A DNA stretch of 64,000 nt. Source: a virus. The notes below the pieces were generated by a model. The model was given only the letters and a program-made list of their open reading frames with translations, was not told the origin of the DNA and made no database searches. This document shows positions 63,956 through 64,000 of this stretch, piece by piece. Positions within the stretch are counted from its first letter, which is position 1. Every line of letters begins with the position of its first letter. The DNA is taken from IMG/VR virus record IMGVR_UViG_3300005077_000018, positions 1,686 through 65,685 of that record; one strand, 5' to 3'. Position numbers and translations under genes: made by a program.

Positions 63956-64000
63956 GGGCTCTTGCCCCGAAAGGAAAAAGTCAAAACTTCCTTCCCCTCC

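Noticed and set aside
1-64000. Genome-wide amber (TAG) recoding
   Set aside because: Genes are intact under code 11 and TAG ends many of them (terL 3771-3773, capsid 18735-18737, Ser-rich gene); only the capsid 5' end has internal TAGs, and no CUA-anticodon tRNA is visible
1-64000. Integrated prophage or host flanks
   Set aside because: No integrase, repressor cassette or housekeeping genes; phage-type genes run to both edges

Overview
The whole window is a lytic-looking tailed phage (siphovirus-type) genome, probably near-complete; no integrase or host genes are visible. Layout on the + strand: packaging (terS/terL/portal, 1.8-5.8 kb); a glycosyltransferase/methyltransferase cluster around a mucin-like Ser/Pro-rich protein inside the head module (5.8-20 kb); scaffold, GH25 muramidase, major capsid; tail (tube with Asp-box propeller, chaperones joined by an apparent +1 frameshift, tape measure, Dit, fibres); holin; a recombination/replication module (SNF2 helicase, PD-(D/E)XK nuclease, AAA ATPase, SSB, RuvC-like resolvase, PolA, primase-ATPase). 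That module contains a second, separate nucleotide-modification cluster (flavin oxidoreductase, MazG+HAD, Nmad1-like, two to three GTs, variant ThyX, O-methyltransferase). After it come two tRNAs with structured RNAs, DnaQ, a ligase and small early genes, with a minus-strand early block at the right end. The strongest unexplained signal: 714-1720 has no GA dinucleotide at all on the + strand for 1007 nt, in a genome otherwise rich in GA/TC, and several regulatory intergenic islands are also GA-poor. Together with the modification cluster this suggests (inference) a dinucleotide-context DNA hypermodification with deliberately modification-free zones. The capsid gene carries two in-frame TAG codons that need verification. 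All product calls come from motif recognition by eye, not database searches.
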